Below, one piece after another: positions 20,784-33,700 of a stretch of 64,000 bases of DNA (positions are counted from its first letter, which is position 1; each line of letters opens with the position of its first letter). The stretch is taken from contig CAWFQL010000016.1 of the NCBI GenBank assembly GCA_963817915.1, positions 64,001-128,000 on the forward strand, read 5' to 3'. Below the pieces are notes generated by a model. The model did no database searches. It was given only the letters and a program-made list of their open reading frames with translations, and was not told the origin of the DNA. Both the position numbers and the translations under genes were made by a program. The stretch is from an uncultured candidate division Zixibacteria bacterium (GTDB taxonomy: Bacteria > Zixibacteria > MSB-5A5 > UBA10806).

Positions 20784-22828
20784 GGGTTTCTCGCTTGATT
20801 ATTTGATTCGATGATTTTTTTCGCTTCTTCCATCTGACCTGTTTTATGTAGAACCTCTATCAGTCTCTGCTGAAGAGTCTTGTTTTCCGGTTGCGCCTGA
20901 TAAAGGATCTTCCACTCCGCGCAGAGTTCATCCAATTTCCCCTGCTTTTGAGAAATCCTGATTATGCCATCGTATCCGTTTTCATTTTCAGGATTCAACG
21001 ATACGAGACGTTGATAACTCGAAATAGCCTCAGGGTAATTTCCTATATTTTCATAGATGTGCGCCATGTTCTCGTGGGCTTGAGCTGTATTTGGATTTAT
21101 AAAGATGATTTTTTTATAGAGCTCCAACGCCTGGTCATATTTTTTCACAAATTCGTAAGATTCTGCCTGATATAATAAAAGGAAAATGCTGGTCGGGTAT
21201 TCATTGATATACTCATCGAGCAGCTTGCTGAAATTTTCGTTCGTATTTTTTCTTTTGAGATAATTTAGACTATTACTTATAAGGTCCTGAAGATCTTTTA
21301 AATTGTCCTGCTCTCCCTTGAGTCGATCCACTTCATTCAGTCTGATATTCCCCTGTGGGTCCGTAATCGCGGCCTGAAGCCGATTCTGGAGAATTCCAAG
21401 TCTGCTTATGCCGAGGTCAAGAGCGTGCCGATATTGTTCCTCAGCCTTGGACACATCGCCCTTACTGCTGGAGATCGACGCCAGCTCTCCCCAGGGAAGC
21501 GGATCGACCGCGGATAACTTCGTGGCGAGATTGAAAAATATTCTGGCTGAATCCATATTCCCTGTGCGCATAAATGCGAGTCCGAGATTATAGGCCGGGT
21601 AAAACATCGTGTCGTTCGCCGCCTGGAATTTTCTGCATAACTGCAGCGAATTCGCATACGACTTCTGTTTTGAGTAAATGCTATTAAGTCTTTTAAAGGC
21701 ATTAAAATTATTGCCATTAATTTGCAAACAGGATTCGAGTTCACTGATGGCCAGCGAATCATTGGATTCACTTAGATAAGTATCCGCAATAGCCAGCCGG
21801 GCATCGAGATTAAGAGAATCCCGTTCGAGTGATTCGCCATAGGTTTTTCGTGCCTCAGCCCAATTATTTTCTTTTTCGTAAGTTTTGGCAATTTCGAATG
21901 TGATGCTATCGTCATAGGGAAACACAAGCGCAAGACGCTGGTAAGCTTCTCTAATTTTATCCTGACGATTAAACAAACTCCAATAATCGATAAGGGCGTC
22001 GTAGACCGGCCGTTCCGAAGGATACTGAGTAATCAATGTGTCATATAACGCCAGGGCTTCGGGAATTCGGTTATAGTATCTATAAAGAAGGGCTATTTGC
22101 AGTGCCAGCTCGATATTACCCGGATCGGATTTACGAGTTTTTTCTAAAATCGGCAGCGCTTTCGCGTAATCCTTCAATCCAAATAACGCTTGTAAATAAC
22201 CTTTTTCTATATCTTTATTTGACGGAAACAATTTTTTGCCGGTTTCGGCCAGGTCTCGGGCTTTTTCGAATTTCTGCAGTTCGATTAGCGATCCAATCGC
22301 GCTTAGGTACGCCGCCTCATTGGAGGAATCCGCCGATATAGCCATATTGAAATTCTCCCAAGCCTCTTTGTAGCGGGAGTCTTTGGCGAATTCAACTCCA
22401 ATATTGAAATATATTCTCGAGAGCAATTTTGAAATATCCTTTTGATTCGGCGCAAGCTTCTCGCATTGTTCTAATACGACCCTGGCTTTGGAATATCTCT
22501 TCTGGTTTCCGTAAAGCTGGCCCAATAGAAACAATATCTGCACGGAATTGGGAATCTGAGTATTGGCTTGTTCCAAAACAACGATTGCCCTGGCATCATC
22601 ATCGATCGCGACATACGATTTCGCGAGATATTCATAGGCCGATGAAGTAGTTGGTGTGGAAGCTATGCAATCTTCCAGTGTCGAAATTGCTTCCTTGTAG
22701 TCTCCTGAATTATATAGCGAAATACCATCGTCAAGGCAGGCCTGAGCGAACGACACTCCGGCCTGAACCATAATTGAAAAAAATAATGAAAATAGAAATA
22801 ATCTATTTCGCACGAATGGCATCTCCAC
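20780..22828 (-). CDS. Exported TPR-repeat protein
   Basis: Signal peptide; many TPRs (AYEYLAKSY, LFLLGQLY, AHENMAHIY...EAISSYQR). Confidence 0.9.
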   Translation of the reverse strand: MEMPFVRNRLFLFSLFFSIMVQAGVSFAQACLDDGISLYNSGDYKEAISTLEDCIASTPTTSSAYEYLAKSYVAIDDDARAIVVLEQANTQIPNSVQILFLLGQLYGNQKRYSKARVVLEQCEKLAPNQKDISKLLSRIYFNIGVEFAKDSRYKEAWENFNMAISADSSNEAAYLSAIGSLIELQKFEKARDLAETGKKLFPSNKDIEKGYLQALFGLKDYAKALPILEKTRKSDPGNIELALQIALLYRYYNRIPEALALYDTLITQYPSERPVYDALIDYWSLFNRQDKIREAYQRLALVFPYDDSITFEIAKTYEKENNWAEARKTYGESLERDSLNLDARLAIADTYLSESNDSLAISELESCLQINGNNFNAFKRLNSIYSKQKSYANSLQLCRKFQAANDTMFYPAYNLGLAFMRTGNMDSARIFFNLATKLSAVDPLPWGELASISSSKGDVSKAEEQYRHALDLGISRLGILQNRLQAAITDPQGNIRLNEVDRLKGEQDNLKDLQDLISNSLNYLKRKNTNENFSKLLDEYINEYPTSIFLLLYQAESYEFVKKYDQALELYKKIIFINPNTAQAHENMAHIYENIGNYPEAISSYQRLVSLNPENENGYDGIIRISQKQGKLDELCAEWKILYQAQPENKTLQQRLIEVLHKTGQMEEAKKIIESNNQARNP

Positions 22829-24776
22829 GGGTACTCTCGTTTCCGGATGTATCTACAGCGCGTACGCGATAGTAAATTTCTTTGGATCCTTTAGCGTCGA
22901 CAAATTTCAAATCCTTCAGAGGCGCGGAATTCAATTTCGTATAGGTGCCGGAAGGCGTCTTGGCGCTATAAATATTATAACCAGCCAGATCGAAATCAAT
23001 CACCCGTTCCCATGACAATTCAATGCCATTAGTTGTAAACGACGCAGAAGCGTTTCTGGGAGAAGGAGGCGGGCTGTAATCCCGAACCAAGACCGTGTCA
23101 ATTTTTGACGGGCCGCTCTTGTTGCCTGCCGAATCATAGGCAACGGCGTAATATATTTGAGATTTTCCCTTAGTAATCAAAGTATCTTCAAAATCGAATG
23201 GCGCCTTTGAAAAAGTCGCCAATTCCAGCTTTTCGCTTTCGCCGGTTTGTTTGATCAATTTGTATGATACCGCGTCGATTGAGGGGCTTCCGGCACAGGA
23301 TATTTCTACATATCTTCCATCTTTATTCTTGGCAATAAATCCCCTCGGGGGCAATGGCGGATCGTCATCCGGTACGACTATCGTAAGCATTACCTTCTCG
23401 CTTTCATTGCGCGCGCCGTCAACCGCGGTAACGCCAACTATAAAAGTCTTGCCGGGTGTCATTCCAGAACCTTGATAGCCACTATCGACAAAAGCTGTTC
23501 CCTTGAATGGGTCGGGAGTTAGCCTCGGCTGATCCTTTTGGGATTCGCCACGATATATATGATATCCAACTACATCTTTGGCCTTTGCGGGAATCCAGGA
23601 AAGATGCAGGACTCTCTTTTCGATTTTATAAGCGACATTTGTCGGTGGATCAGGCGGAGTCTTATCGATTGGAACGCCGGATTTAGAATTGCATTTTTCG
23701 CTTTCGTTGCCGGATTTATCGAGCGCGGAAATCTTATAAAAATACTGTAGGCCGTTCGTGATGGTCGAATCGAAATATATGGGGGTGCTGGCGGGCACTA
23801 ATGTCCTATTAATCTTGGAATATTCCTTATCAAGCCCCAGAGAACGATAAACATCGTAACCATTGACATCGAGTTCCGGGCTCATATCCCACGATATAGC
23901 CATGAAGCCATCCCCAGGATTTACAGCGAGATTTTTCGGGACGCCTGGAGCTGTTGTATCTTTTGGAGCGATTTTTACAGTATCGGATGGTTCGCTGATT
24001 CGACCGATAGGATCGACCGCCGCCACATAGTAAGAGTAGCTCTGGCCATTCGTCAGCCACAGGTCGACAAATTGACGGGGCGTAGCGTCGTCACGCAAAA
24101 TAGTCTTATCGTTTACTCTTTTGAATTCGCCGGTTCCCTCGTTTCTAAATATGTAAAACTGAATTGCCAGATCATCAAAAGTACCGTTCCATTTTTGATA
24201 ATCCCAGGTAACCGTCGCCTTTGTATCTCCGATCTTGACTTTGACATTTTTAGGGCGATTGGGATTGGTTTCCGATATAGTCACTTGTTTGCTAAGACTA
24301 TCCTTGCCGTTGCCACGGGCATCGACATAAACAATTTTGTATTGATACTCTTTGCCGTTCCGAACCGAACCATCAACGAACCATCGACCGGTAACTGTCG
24401 CCACTTTTGGACTTAATAGCGACATCACCCCGCTGATAAATTCGCTGCCTCTCAATTTTCGCAATACCTCGAATGGATCATCCGATTCGACGGCTTTGGC
24501 GATTGTTTTCCATTCATCGCCAAGTATGGATTTGGCAAGTTCCGGATCGACAACCGGCATAATCGGCGCTTCTTTGGTGAGCTTGACGAAATCATCGTTG
24601 GTCGGAAGCGGCCCCTTACGATAAACATCGAATCCTTGATTGGACGGCGGAGGCACGGTCAGGAATATCGCCAGGGTATCGCCTTTTGCCATTGGAATAA
24701 AATCGCGCTTTTGCTCCGCGCGGGAGATCCCATAAGTCGACAAAGAAATCAGTAAAAATGTAATTATTTTTTTCAT
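22803..24776 (-). CDS. Exported fibronectin type III repeat protein (about 6 FN3)
   Basis: Start MKKIITFLL at 24776 with RBS AGGGAGG; repeated DxxPPxPP...W...GY.IYR...Y.V.AVD..GNES. Confidence 0.88.
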   Translation of the reverse strand: MKKIITFLLISLSTYGISRAEQKRDFIPMAKGDTLAIFLTVPPPSNQGFDVYRKGPLPTNDDFVKLTKEAPIMPVVDPELAKSILGDEWKTIAKAVESDDPFEVLRKLRGSEFISGVMSLLSPKVATVTGRWFVDGSVRNGKEYQYKIVYVDARGNGKDSLSKQVTISETNPNRPKNVKVKIGDTKATVTWDYQKWNGTFDDLAIQFYIFRNEGTGEFKRVNDKTILRDDATPRQFVDLWLTNGQSYSYYVAAVDPIGRISEPSDTVKIAPKDTTAPGVPKNLAVNPGDGFMAISWDMSPELDVNGYDVYRSLGLDKEYSKINRTLVPASTPIYFDSTITNGLQYFYKISALDKSGNESEKCNSKSGVPIDKTPPDPPTNVAYKIEKRVLHLSWIPAKAKDVVGYHIYRGESQKDQPRLTPDPFKGTAFVDSGYQGSGMTPGKTFIVGVTAVDGARNESEKVMLTIVVPDDDPPLPPRGFIAKNKDGRYVEISCAGSPSIDAVSYKLIKQTGESEKLELATFSKAPFDFEDTLITKGKSQIYYAVAYDSAGNKSGPSKIDTVLVRDYSPPPSPRNASASFTTNGIELSWERVIDFDLAGYNIYSAKTPSGTYTKLNSAPLKDLKFVDAKGSKEIYYRVRAVDTSGNESTRGDAIRAK

Positions 24777-24786
24777 GGCCCCTCCC

Positions 24787-27700
24787 TTATCGCGCCAGAA
24801 TGCTGGTTGAGAACAAATTAGAATACATTCCAACCAGATTTCGAGTTCTAACATTGATGTAATAAGTGTTTTCGGGAAGCATCCCGATTGTATTCTCAAT
24901 AATTTCCCATTGGTCGACAACGCCGACATTTGTCCAATCAAGTATATCGCGAGTCCGAGTCCTGGTGCCAATAGATACTTCGATCCGAGTAACGCCCGAT
25001 TCCGGATCAGATATATTTTCGAACATCAATCTCAGAACATTGCCGCCTCTTCTTAGAATTATTGATGGTGATGCTTGCGGAGTTAAGGGTCGCGTATGAT
25101 CTACAATAAATGGTCCGGTGACAGTCGGACAGCTGATCATGTTTTGATTATTTACGCCACGCACGCTTATATAATATGTGCCATCGGCAAGGTTGTAGTT
25201 AGGCAACAGCCATGAATTTACCGGCCCGATATCGTTAGCTCCTGTGAAGTCTACATCCGAAGGCCAACCTCTCGCCTCTGCTCCACCAATGCTGGTTCCG
25301 ATTGCGACTTGATATCCCTTAAGCCCGGTTTCGGGATCATATGACGGCTGCGTAAACAGCAAATAGGTCGTCCCTGCAGGAAGACCGTAGCAGAATGACG
25401 CTGTGGGACTGGCAGGGCCGGTCGGATCTATTGGCTTGTAAAGCCCCAGTCTCAGGGGATTACTTGCCCGACCCGCGTAATTGAGGCCGATTACCTTTAC
25501 AAAGAATGAATCTGTATATGACAGCGGCGCGCCTGTGATGGCCGCAGTCAAATTTAAGGAAGTGGAAACCCAATCAGGTGAAATAATGGAGCTATCCGTA
25601 GCCGAAGCCACCCTATATTGATATTCCAATATTCCAGATTCCGGGTCGTTTGAAACATCCCAATATGCGCTGATTGACGGCGGCTGCGGCGGCGGCAAAT
25701 TTAATCTGAAGGTGAAACTGCCCAATGTATAGGGATAACCATTAGCGGGATCTAATTGAGGGGGTAAAGGTACGGGCGAAACTAAAGGCGGCTGCCAACA
25801 ATAATAAAACTGCGGGAACCAGACCGTGAATGCATTCCCTGGAACTGCGGGAGGAGTGGTATCGATCACGAGGCCGCTCGATGAAGTAACGGGACTCCAT
25901 ATAAATTGGCCATTTTTGGCGCGGACATTTACGTAGTACGTTTGGCCGTTCTGCAGATTGAGCCCATTTATTGATACCTCTGTCCGGCCGCCTGCCGATG
26001 TCCAATTGAGAACGGAAGAATCGGCATAATCGGTGCCGACACAATATTGATATTCGAGTATGCCTGATTCAGGATCGCTGCCTATCCAATTGGCATCGAT
26101 CTGATTGATATTGTAGGAATAATAAATATCAATGGGAATATACAGCCACCTTCTTCCAATATAAACGCTTCTAAAAGTCGAGACATGTTGATAATTCGGG
26201 AATCCAACATACCCTACCGACGGCGGCGTGACATCCCCGGACATTCCACCATACGAGTAAGATCCATTACCTCCGCCGGCCGCATAGAAATTAAGTGTGA
26301 AGTTGACCATTCTGGCATTGGTATATCCAGCTCCGCCGCGAGCTCGGACAAATAATGTTTTTGGAAATGCGTCCTGCTGTCCGCCGTATGGCCTCAGGAA
26401 ATATTGAGTCATACTAGTCGAGAGCCCGACATTCTGGAACCCCGAGCTGGGGATTGAAGTCCAGGTACCGTCTTCAAGCCGAATAGAATAATCAGTTATT
26501 CCTCTTGGATGTGAAGCATTCCAATTGAAAATTCCGGTGTTATAGAATCCCCTGTTGGTATTAATAGAAGATAAATTGTATAGTCTTGGCACTTGAAGAT
26601 CCTGCGCCAGTTGAGCCTTTCTATTGTTGATGTCCGTAAGCGACATCGGTCGATTTTTAATGCTGTCAGGCTGGCCTTGTTTCCAATATGCATATCGATC
26701 CAGGATATCGTAGAGGTTCTCTGTTAGTCTACTCTTGGTATCATAGATGGCATCGATTGAATTGGTGAATACGGCCTGAGCGTTCGTGACATTTAATACC
26801 TGATCGGCCAATAATCCGGGATCATTGGCGGCTATGGGTCCAACAGCCGAAGTAATGCGCTGGAGTCCGGTATCGCTCATTGTATACCACAAATCCATAC
26901 CGGTCTGATTGCATATCGCGATTCTCTGATCGGGTGTCGCGATATTCCAGTTGCTTTCAAATCCCTGGCGTCGTGATACGCTGTCCGGTGCATTGCCGAG
27001 TCTCAAAATCCAAGTGAATCGCCAGAGGGCAACATTATGGCGGAGGGCCTCAGATAGACGGGTAGTCTTATTCGAGATTACCGTATTCATCGTGCCCTGA
27101 CGGGATTCAAGTTCAGTTCTCTTTTGATAAGCCCAATCATTCATATCACGTTGATATTGCAGATGGTTTTTATAGAAGTATTCGAGTTGGGTCAGCAGGC
27201 CAAGGAAATGGGAGCCAACCGCATTATAGCTCATCTGCCCGCCGCTGCCTTGAAGAGCAGTCTGGATTGTCGTGAGACCGGCTTCCAACGCCGCAACTCT
27301 ATCTCTGATCGCATTTTCATTAGTATTAAAATCATTCTGGGCCTGCAAAAGAGTGGCGTTATTTTGATCTGAAATGCCTTGATTGAATGTGAAATCCGGA
27401 CCGCTGGTGATTCGCTTGCGGGTCATTCCAACACTGTCAATGTATTCGCTTGTTACCGGCGGCTCGAAATTATCATTGGAGATGGGGTTTCCGCCAACCG
27501 AGTAATCATTTGAAGGCAGCGGCGTTAATTGGGAATTAATTTGACTGAGTCTCGCGGCAACCTGTGTCCTATAGCCATTTGCGGCGCTAAGCATGATGTC
27601 AGCGCTGTTTCGCTGAGAGTTCAAGGAGTCGCGCTGTGCCGCTGTAGGAGCTCCATTTGCTCCGCCGAAGACGTTGCCAATTACCCATGAAAATTGATTA

Positions 27701-30700
27701 TCTTCGTCTTGAGTCGCCGGGCTGCCATAACTCTCTTCGGTTAATCTTGTACCTTCGAGTATTAATGCAGCCAGAATGAATGCCCAGGGATCATCGGACT
27801 GCAGAAGTTCGCTGCATAAAAATAAAGTCCTGAATGCGGCCGCAAGCTCCTGACCGGTTAGGGTCATGGCCGCCATATTGGCCTGAGGAATTTGCTGTTG
27901 CGCCTCGGCACTTGCATTTTCAACTTCCTGGCTTGTGCCCAGAGCATCATTTATTAATCGCTCCATTTCGGGGTCTTTACCAAATCCGGCAGTCACTTGT
28001 CCGCCCTTAAATTTGGCCCAGACGCTGCCATCCCAGCTGAATGTAAGCGCGTGAACACTAAGACCAGCGATTCCATATACGTAGAAATCCGGCTGACCTA
28101 ACAATGCGCCGGCAAGCCATCCTTCCGCGCTGACTACGCCGCCAAGAACCGATGCCGAAATCCAAGCCTTCATATACGCGCCCCAACTGACATTGCGCAC
28201 ATACCAGATTCTGCCTTCGATACCGGTGTTTATGGAGATAACCCAGATATTAAACGGTCTGGTGATACTCAAAGACATATTGAAACCGGGATTGCCGATA
28301 AACAAGCTTCCGGTAGCTTCAAACTGTGTCAGGATGTTTGCATTAAGCGCGCCGCGTATGCCCCAGGCATCCGCGCTATAAACATAAAATTCGAGTGACG
28401 CCGTACCAGTTACCACAGTTGACACTTGCAGGTTGATATTTATCGATCCTTCGGCGTATGCGTCCGTAAGCCCGATGAGAAGGTAGAATGTGCCTCGCAG
28501 GAAATTGCCCTGGCCGAGAACAGTCACTTCTCCATCGAATCTTATGTACGCCGCTGCTATCGTAAGAAGAATTCTGCCCTGGATCAGCGATCCAGTCGGA
28601 TCGACGATTGTGGCGCTGGCATATAATAGCACCGCGAAGCTGCCGGGGTCGGCGTTAATCCTATTGCCGGTGGCGTTATCGAGATTGGCCATCTGACGAA
28701 CTAACTGCAGATCGCTGGGCTCAGGATTGAGGAAAAATCCTCCACCGAGACCAGTGAGAATTACAGCAGGAGGAATCGGGATTGTCACGGACGATGCCAC
28801 AAAGAAGCCGAGACTGGTTTCGCCGTTCATGACGGCGACCTTGCCGACGACTATAATTTGATAGGCATCTACGAGTGTGCCCCTACCTCCTACCAGCAAT
28901 GAGAATCCGGCCTGTGATTGCTCATATCGCAGATCTGCTCTGAATTCCACTACTCCGCTAACACTGAAATTGGCATTGCGGATTACTAAATGTGAGCCGC
29001 CATCTGCAGTTTTATAAGCGAGGAATTCCTCGATGCCGCCGCTGCCGATATCGGCTATATTGATAGTACCGCCAAATCGGATATAGCTCGTAACAGCTAC
29101 TCTGAGAGTATCGCTGGATCCTGGCGAGCCCGGCCCTGATGGCGGATTACCACCAACGATGCTTATAGTTGTCGGCGTATCGCTGAATCCTATATTATTG
29201 ATTGTGACAGTTACTACATCAACGATTGTAATATCGCCGCCCGTGATAGATTCCGCCAGCCGTTCAACCCGGCCGCTTGCTCGAATTCGTAAATCAGTGA
29301 AATTTAATCCTCCGCCCGAGCCGGAAACATTGATTGCCAATCGGCCTGACAACGATAGCCCGAAATCACTATGCTCATCGATTGTTTGAATATTCGAGAA
29401 TGTCAGACGCAATGCTTCCCAGTTAATATCAACAAGGTTAGGGGCGAACTGGATATTCCCCCAGGTGACAACGCCATCGAATCTGACCTCCAGCCCGGGG
29501 TTAATAACACCTCCGGACTTAGTCCCGAAATGAATCCATTTATTTTGATCCTGCGAGAAATAAACATCGGCGATCACTTTTATAGAGCTCTGCCTCATAT
29601 CCGCGAAATTTAATGATATGCCTAAATAGGTCGGGTCGAAAGTTGCAATCCAGAACGAGAACTCAGTCTGATCGCCGTTACCCAAACCCGGAGTCTCATT
29701 CAGAACCGTGATATCGGCGCCGCCGGTCACAACGCCTTCTTTGGTCACCTGGAAATTAAATAATTGCCTGGTTGTATCCGCGGGCGCGGGCAGTTTGACG
29801 AATCCCTCGACCTTTAAGATTTCCAGATAGATATTGCTACTCTAGATAATGCGAAATAATCAGGCACAATATAGACTGGACTGCTTAGGAATTCCGCTCC
29901 CTCAAGCGTTACAGAACCATCAGAACCGATTCGGAAATTTCGGAACTGGCTGGTATTGTTCATGAAGGTTATCTCACCGCTCAAGCCCAGATAAAACACG
30001 CGATTCTGATAAGCGAACGATAGCGCCTTGGCGGGCGGACTGGTCAAATCCTTGATCGCGAAATTCGCTCCGAAGAGATCGAAATGCTGTATATCCTCTG
30101 GAAGCGTAATACTTATTTCAGGAACCGTTACGCTGTCTTTGGATATCCTCAGCCCGGCGAATGAGACCGCGAATCCATCTCCGAATCCCTGAGCCGTTAA
30201 AGTACCGCTCAGGGTAAGGGCTAAATCATTTTGGGAGAAGCTCAGATCTATTGCCGGGCTACTGCCAATCTGCTCAGGCTTGAATGTCGCAATCAGCAGG
30301 GGCAAACTGAAACTTGGATCATTAACTACATCGAAGCCGAAATTAAATCTATTCGATGCCCATTGAGCCACATAATGGATGGCTGCGGTGTCTGTTGATG
30401 TTCGGAATAGATCGCTTGTGATATCTCCAGACATCCTGATCGCAGGCGGGCCAGAACCAAATGACGCCTCGACACCCTGGACTTTTATTGCGGCCATTGT
30501 ACCCAATGGGACGTTGGCTATGTATTGTTCAGTAGCCTGATGATTAACATTAAAATTACCTACATTGACATTACCCGAAATCCCATTCGCCGAGATGGTT
30601 AGGGAATCGAGATTCACTACCACATTGTTCAATGCGTCGGGTAATTTAATTTTCGCACCGGCCCTCAACGCATAGATATTATTTATTTTTTGGAATCCGA

Positions 30701-33700
30701 GTTGAGTAATCGTTACCGGGATTCCTTGCGGAAGCAGTGACAGCAAGGTATCGCTTCCAGACGGCGGGGATACAACTATCGAGCCTTCGACAAATTCGAA
30801 TGTCGCCGGATTGATGGTCGCGCTGAAGCTGACTCCGAATTGCGGAGGAGCGCTGGCGCTATATTTTAAAGCGGGTATAACGAGCTGAACCTGCTGACCC
30901 GGCTTGGTTGATATCCTAATTCCATTAGAAACTGTCTCGGTCTTTACTAGAACTGTATCGCCGGATTTGACCCTTAAATAAGCAATTGAGGTGTCTGGCA
31001 ATGGAATTCGTTCCGGCATTGGAATTACGCCGAAGAAGTCTCCCGGGTGGAATCCGGCGTTATCAAGGAATGCTACTAATGTCGTATCCTTATAGAAACT
31101 TGCCTTACCCGTGGCTATTCGGAATGGCGATAACGCTATATTAAATGAATCGGTGAATAAGCATCTGATAGCGTCAAAATTGGTATTGTTGACTCGAACG
31201 AGAATGCTGGATTCGCCCGAAACCCCGATACCATTCGCCCCCAAAGTCAGAGTTTGGGGCAATGTCAACCTGACGGCCGTCTCTTCGGTAAGTGGAGCGT
31301 TTCGATCCACGGCAGACCATTGTAGTTGGCCGAGCGCGACAACAAATTTCAGCGCGAATTGGCTGGAGAATGATACAGTTCCAGATACGAGACTGAAATT
31401 TCTGACATTTAGCAGCAGATCGTTGAAATTTACACCGATACTGGCACCTTCGGCAAGATCGAGACTGCCCGCTCCATTTAGAAGCAATCCATTCCGGTCC
31501 AAAACCGCGTGGTTAACTACAAAATGAAGAATAGAATTCTCAGACGGCACCGACCATCGGAACGGATCCGTTACTGCGATCTGGCCGCTCAATATTTGGC
31601 CATGAATCAAATCGAAACTCAGATTTCCGGCCGCGGTGATGGAATCGCCGTTATTTATGCCAGGCAATCTAAGAGCTCCCGCAAGATCAATGACTGCGGA
31701 TTGCTCGCTGCCGGAAATACTGAAATTAACAGACGAATTGGTAATTCGTATCCGTCCGAATCCCAGATCCAGCGGGCAGGTCGGTATGAATCCCGAAAGA
31801 GTACCGCTGAGATGGCCGCCGCTGTCGATAGTAAATTCTGTCGCCATGGTATTGGCCAACCCGCTGTCGGGCCCGCATCTCATGAAATCCGGCATCTGAA
31901 TATCGCCGCGGAAATGAATACTGAAATTTTGGGCGCCGTTGGTATCGGATAACGCGCCCGATATCTCACGCACGAAGTAGTTTAGATCGCCGCCCAATGG
32001 TAATTGCAGACCCGGCTGATCGAAACTCTTCGTCTCAAGACTTCCCGTTATACGACCATTGCGGTAACCGGCGTTGAGTATGGTAACTCGCGGATTTTTC
32101 AGAGCAGGCGGCACATCGCCGGGGAATTCGGGAAAGCTAAGCTCAAAATCAAAACCAAAGCCCCAATCTCCCAATGGTTGACCGTTATAATCAAACCAAT
32201 TGAAATCAAGAGCGGACATTCTGAACGCCAATGGTTTCAATCCAAATCCCATGAAGGTATGAGTCGAATCACTCATTTCGGGAATCGAAATATCGGGCAG
32301 ATGGATGCCGGTCTTTCGGATTCTTATACCTGATATCTTCGGCAAATGCAGGTCGAGGTCCGTGAACTTAAATTCCATTCCCAATTCAATTTCAAAATCC
32401 CAGCCATTGGTTTGATCAAATGACAGCGATGGCAATGTATAATCCGAAAGGATTAGCTTTAATGCACCTAAATCGATCGATGGCAAAAGCGAATCGCCCG
32501 ATGGAGGTGTATCAACATTGAAATTACGGATCTGGATTCCGGTCTGGGTTACGCCAAACTCTGCCGAAGCTCCGTAATCCTTGCCCTCTCCAAGATGAAG
32601 CCTGATTCCCCCAGTGAGACCGAAATCAAAAGCAAGATTGGGCGGAGTCGTCTGGACATCGAATGAGCCATTAACTCTTGTTATATGGAGATTGAGCTTG
32701 TCGCTATTGGGAACTATCGGGATGGTTTGATCTATGGGGAAATCGATATTACCCATCAACCGGCCATCGGGCATCAATGTTAGCTGTATATCCTGCGCGC
32801 CAACATCGGTATTGAAAAATTTCATCTGGCCGACAAGCTGGAACGCATTTACGCCACCAACGGGGCCGTAAGTGAAGCTCTTAATCGCAAATGGTATCCC
32901 CAGACCGCTCAAATCGAAACTGGGCAATGACTGAGGCGGGATTGTGGCGTTGATATTGCCCCTGATTAAATCCTTGGTCAATGGATCGACTGTAAAATCG
33001 AATGTAATGTCTAACTCAGGTGATTGCGGGTTTGATAGCTTGAGCGCTGGAAAAACTAATTTAGCGGGCTGGCCTGGACGAGTCCATAGGCGGAGGCCAG
33101 TGCTATCGATATTATAATTTATTAAAAGCGAGTCACCCTGCTTCAACTGCAGATAAGCAATCGATTCGGTTGGCAGCGGCAGTCGTTCAGGCAGAAACGC
33201 TATTCCGAAATAGCTAAGGTCGGGCAGGAATCCCTGCGGAGTAAGTATGGCAATCCTATTTGCGCCGGAATAGAATTCGAGGCGGCCCTGTGTCACCCTG
33301 AACGGGCTAAACGAAAACGCGAAGTCCTGAGAAAATTCTCCGCGCAATCCGGGCAGGTCGAATCCTTGCAGTTTCAGATGCAACTGGCTGGTGCCATGCA
33401 TGGCCAGGCCGCGATTATCGATTGTAATAGAATCGGGGAGATTAATAAGGATACCGATAGAATCGGTAATAGGTGTATCTCTTGGCACAGCCTGGAAATT
33501 GAGATCGGTACCGTTAAATGATGCCATGAGAGCAAAAGGTGTATCGAAGATGACATTGCCCGAGGCTATCGAAAAATCGCTCCATCTAACACCGAGATTG
33601 TTGAATGTCACTCCCAGCGTAGTCCCTCCACCAAGTCGAAGGCTTTGTCTGCCGTCGATTACGATAGTCGAATCAGTAATAGTGGCGCGATTTATATTGA

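Noticed and set aside
24777..24971. N-terminal extension of the FN3 gene given in the ORF track
   Set aside because: Overlaps the giant gene's end; a strong RBS and signal peptide place the start at 24776
24787..26300. Polymorphic toxin tip and immunity gene on the giant protein
   Set aside because: C-terminus is FN3-like repeats; no nuclease or other toxin motif seen, and the next gene is a large exported FN3 protein
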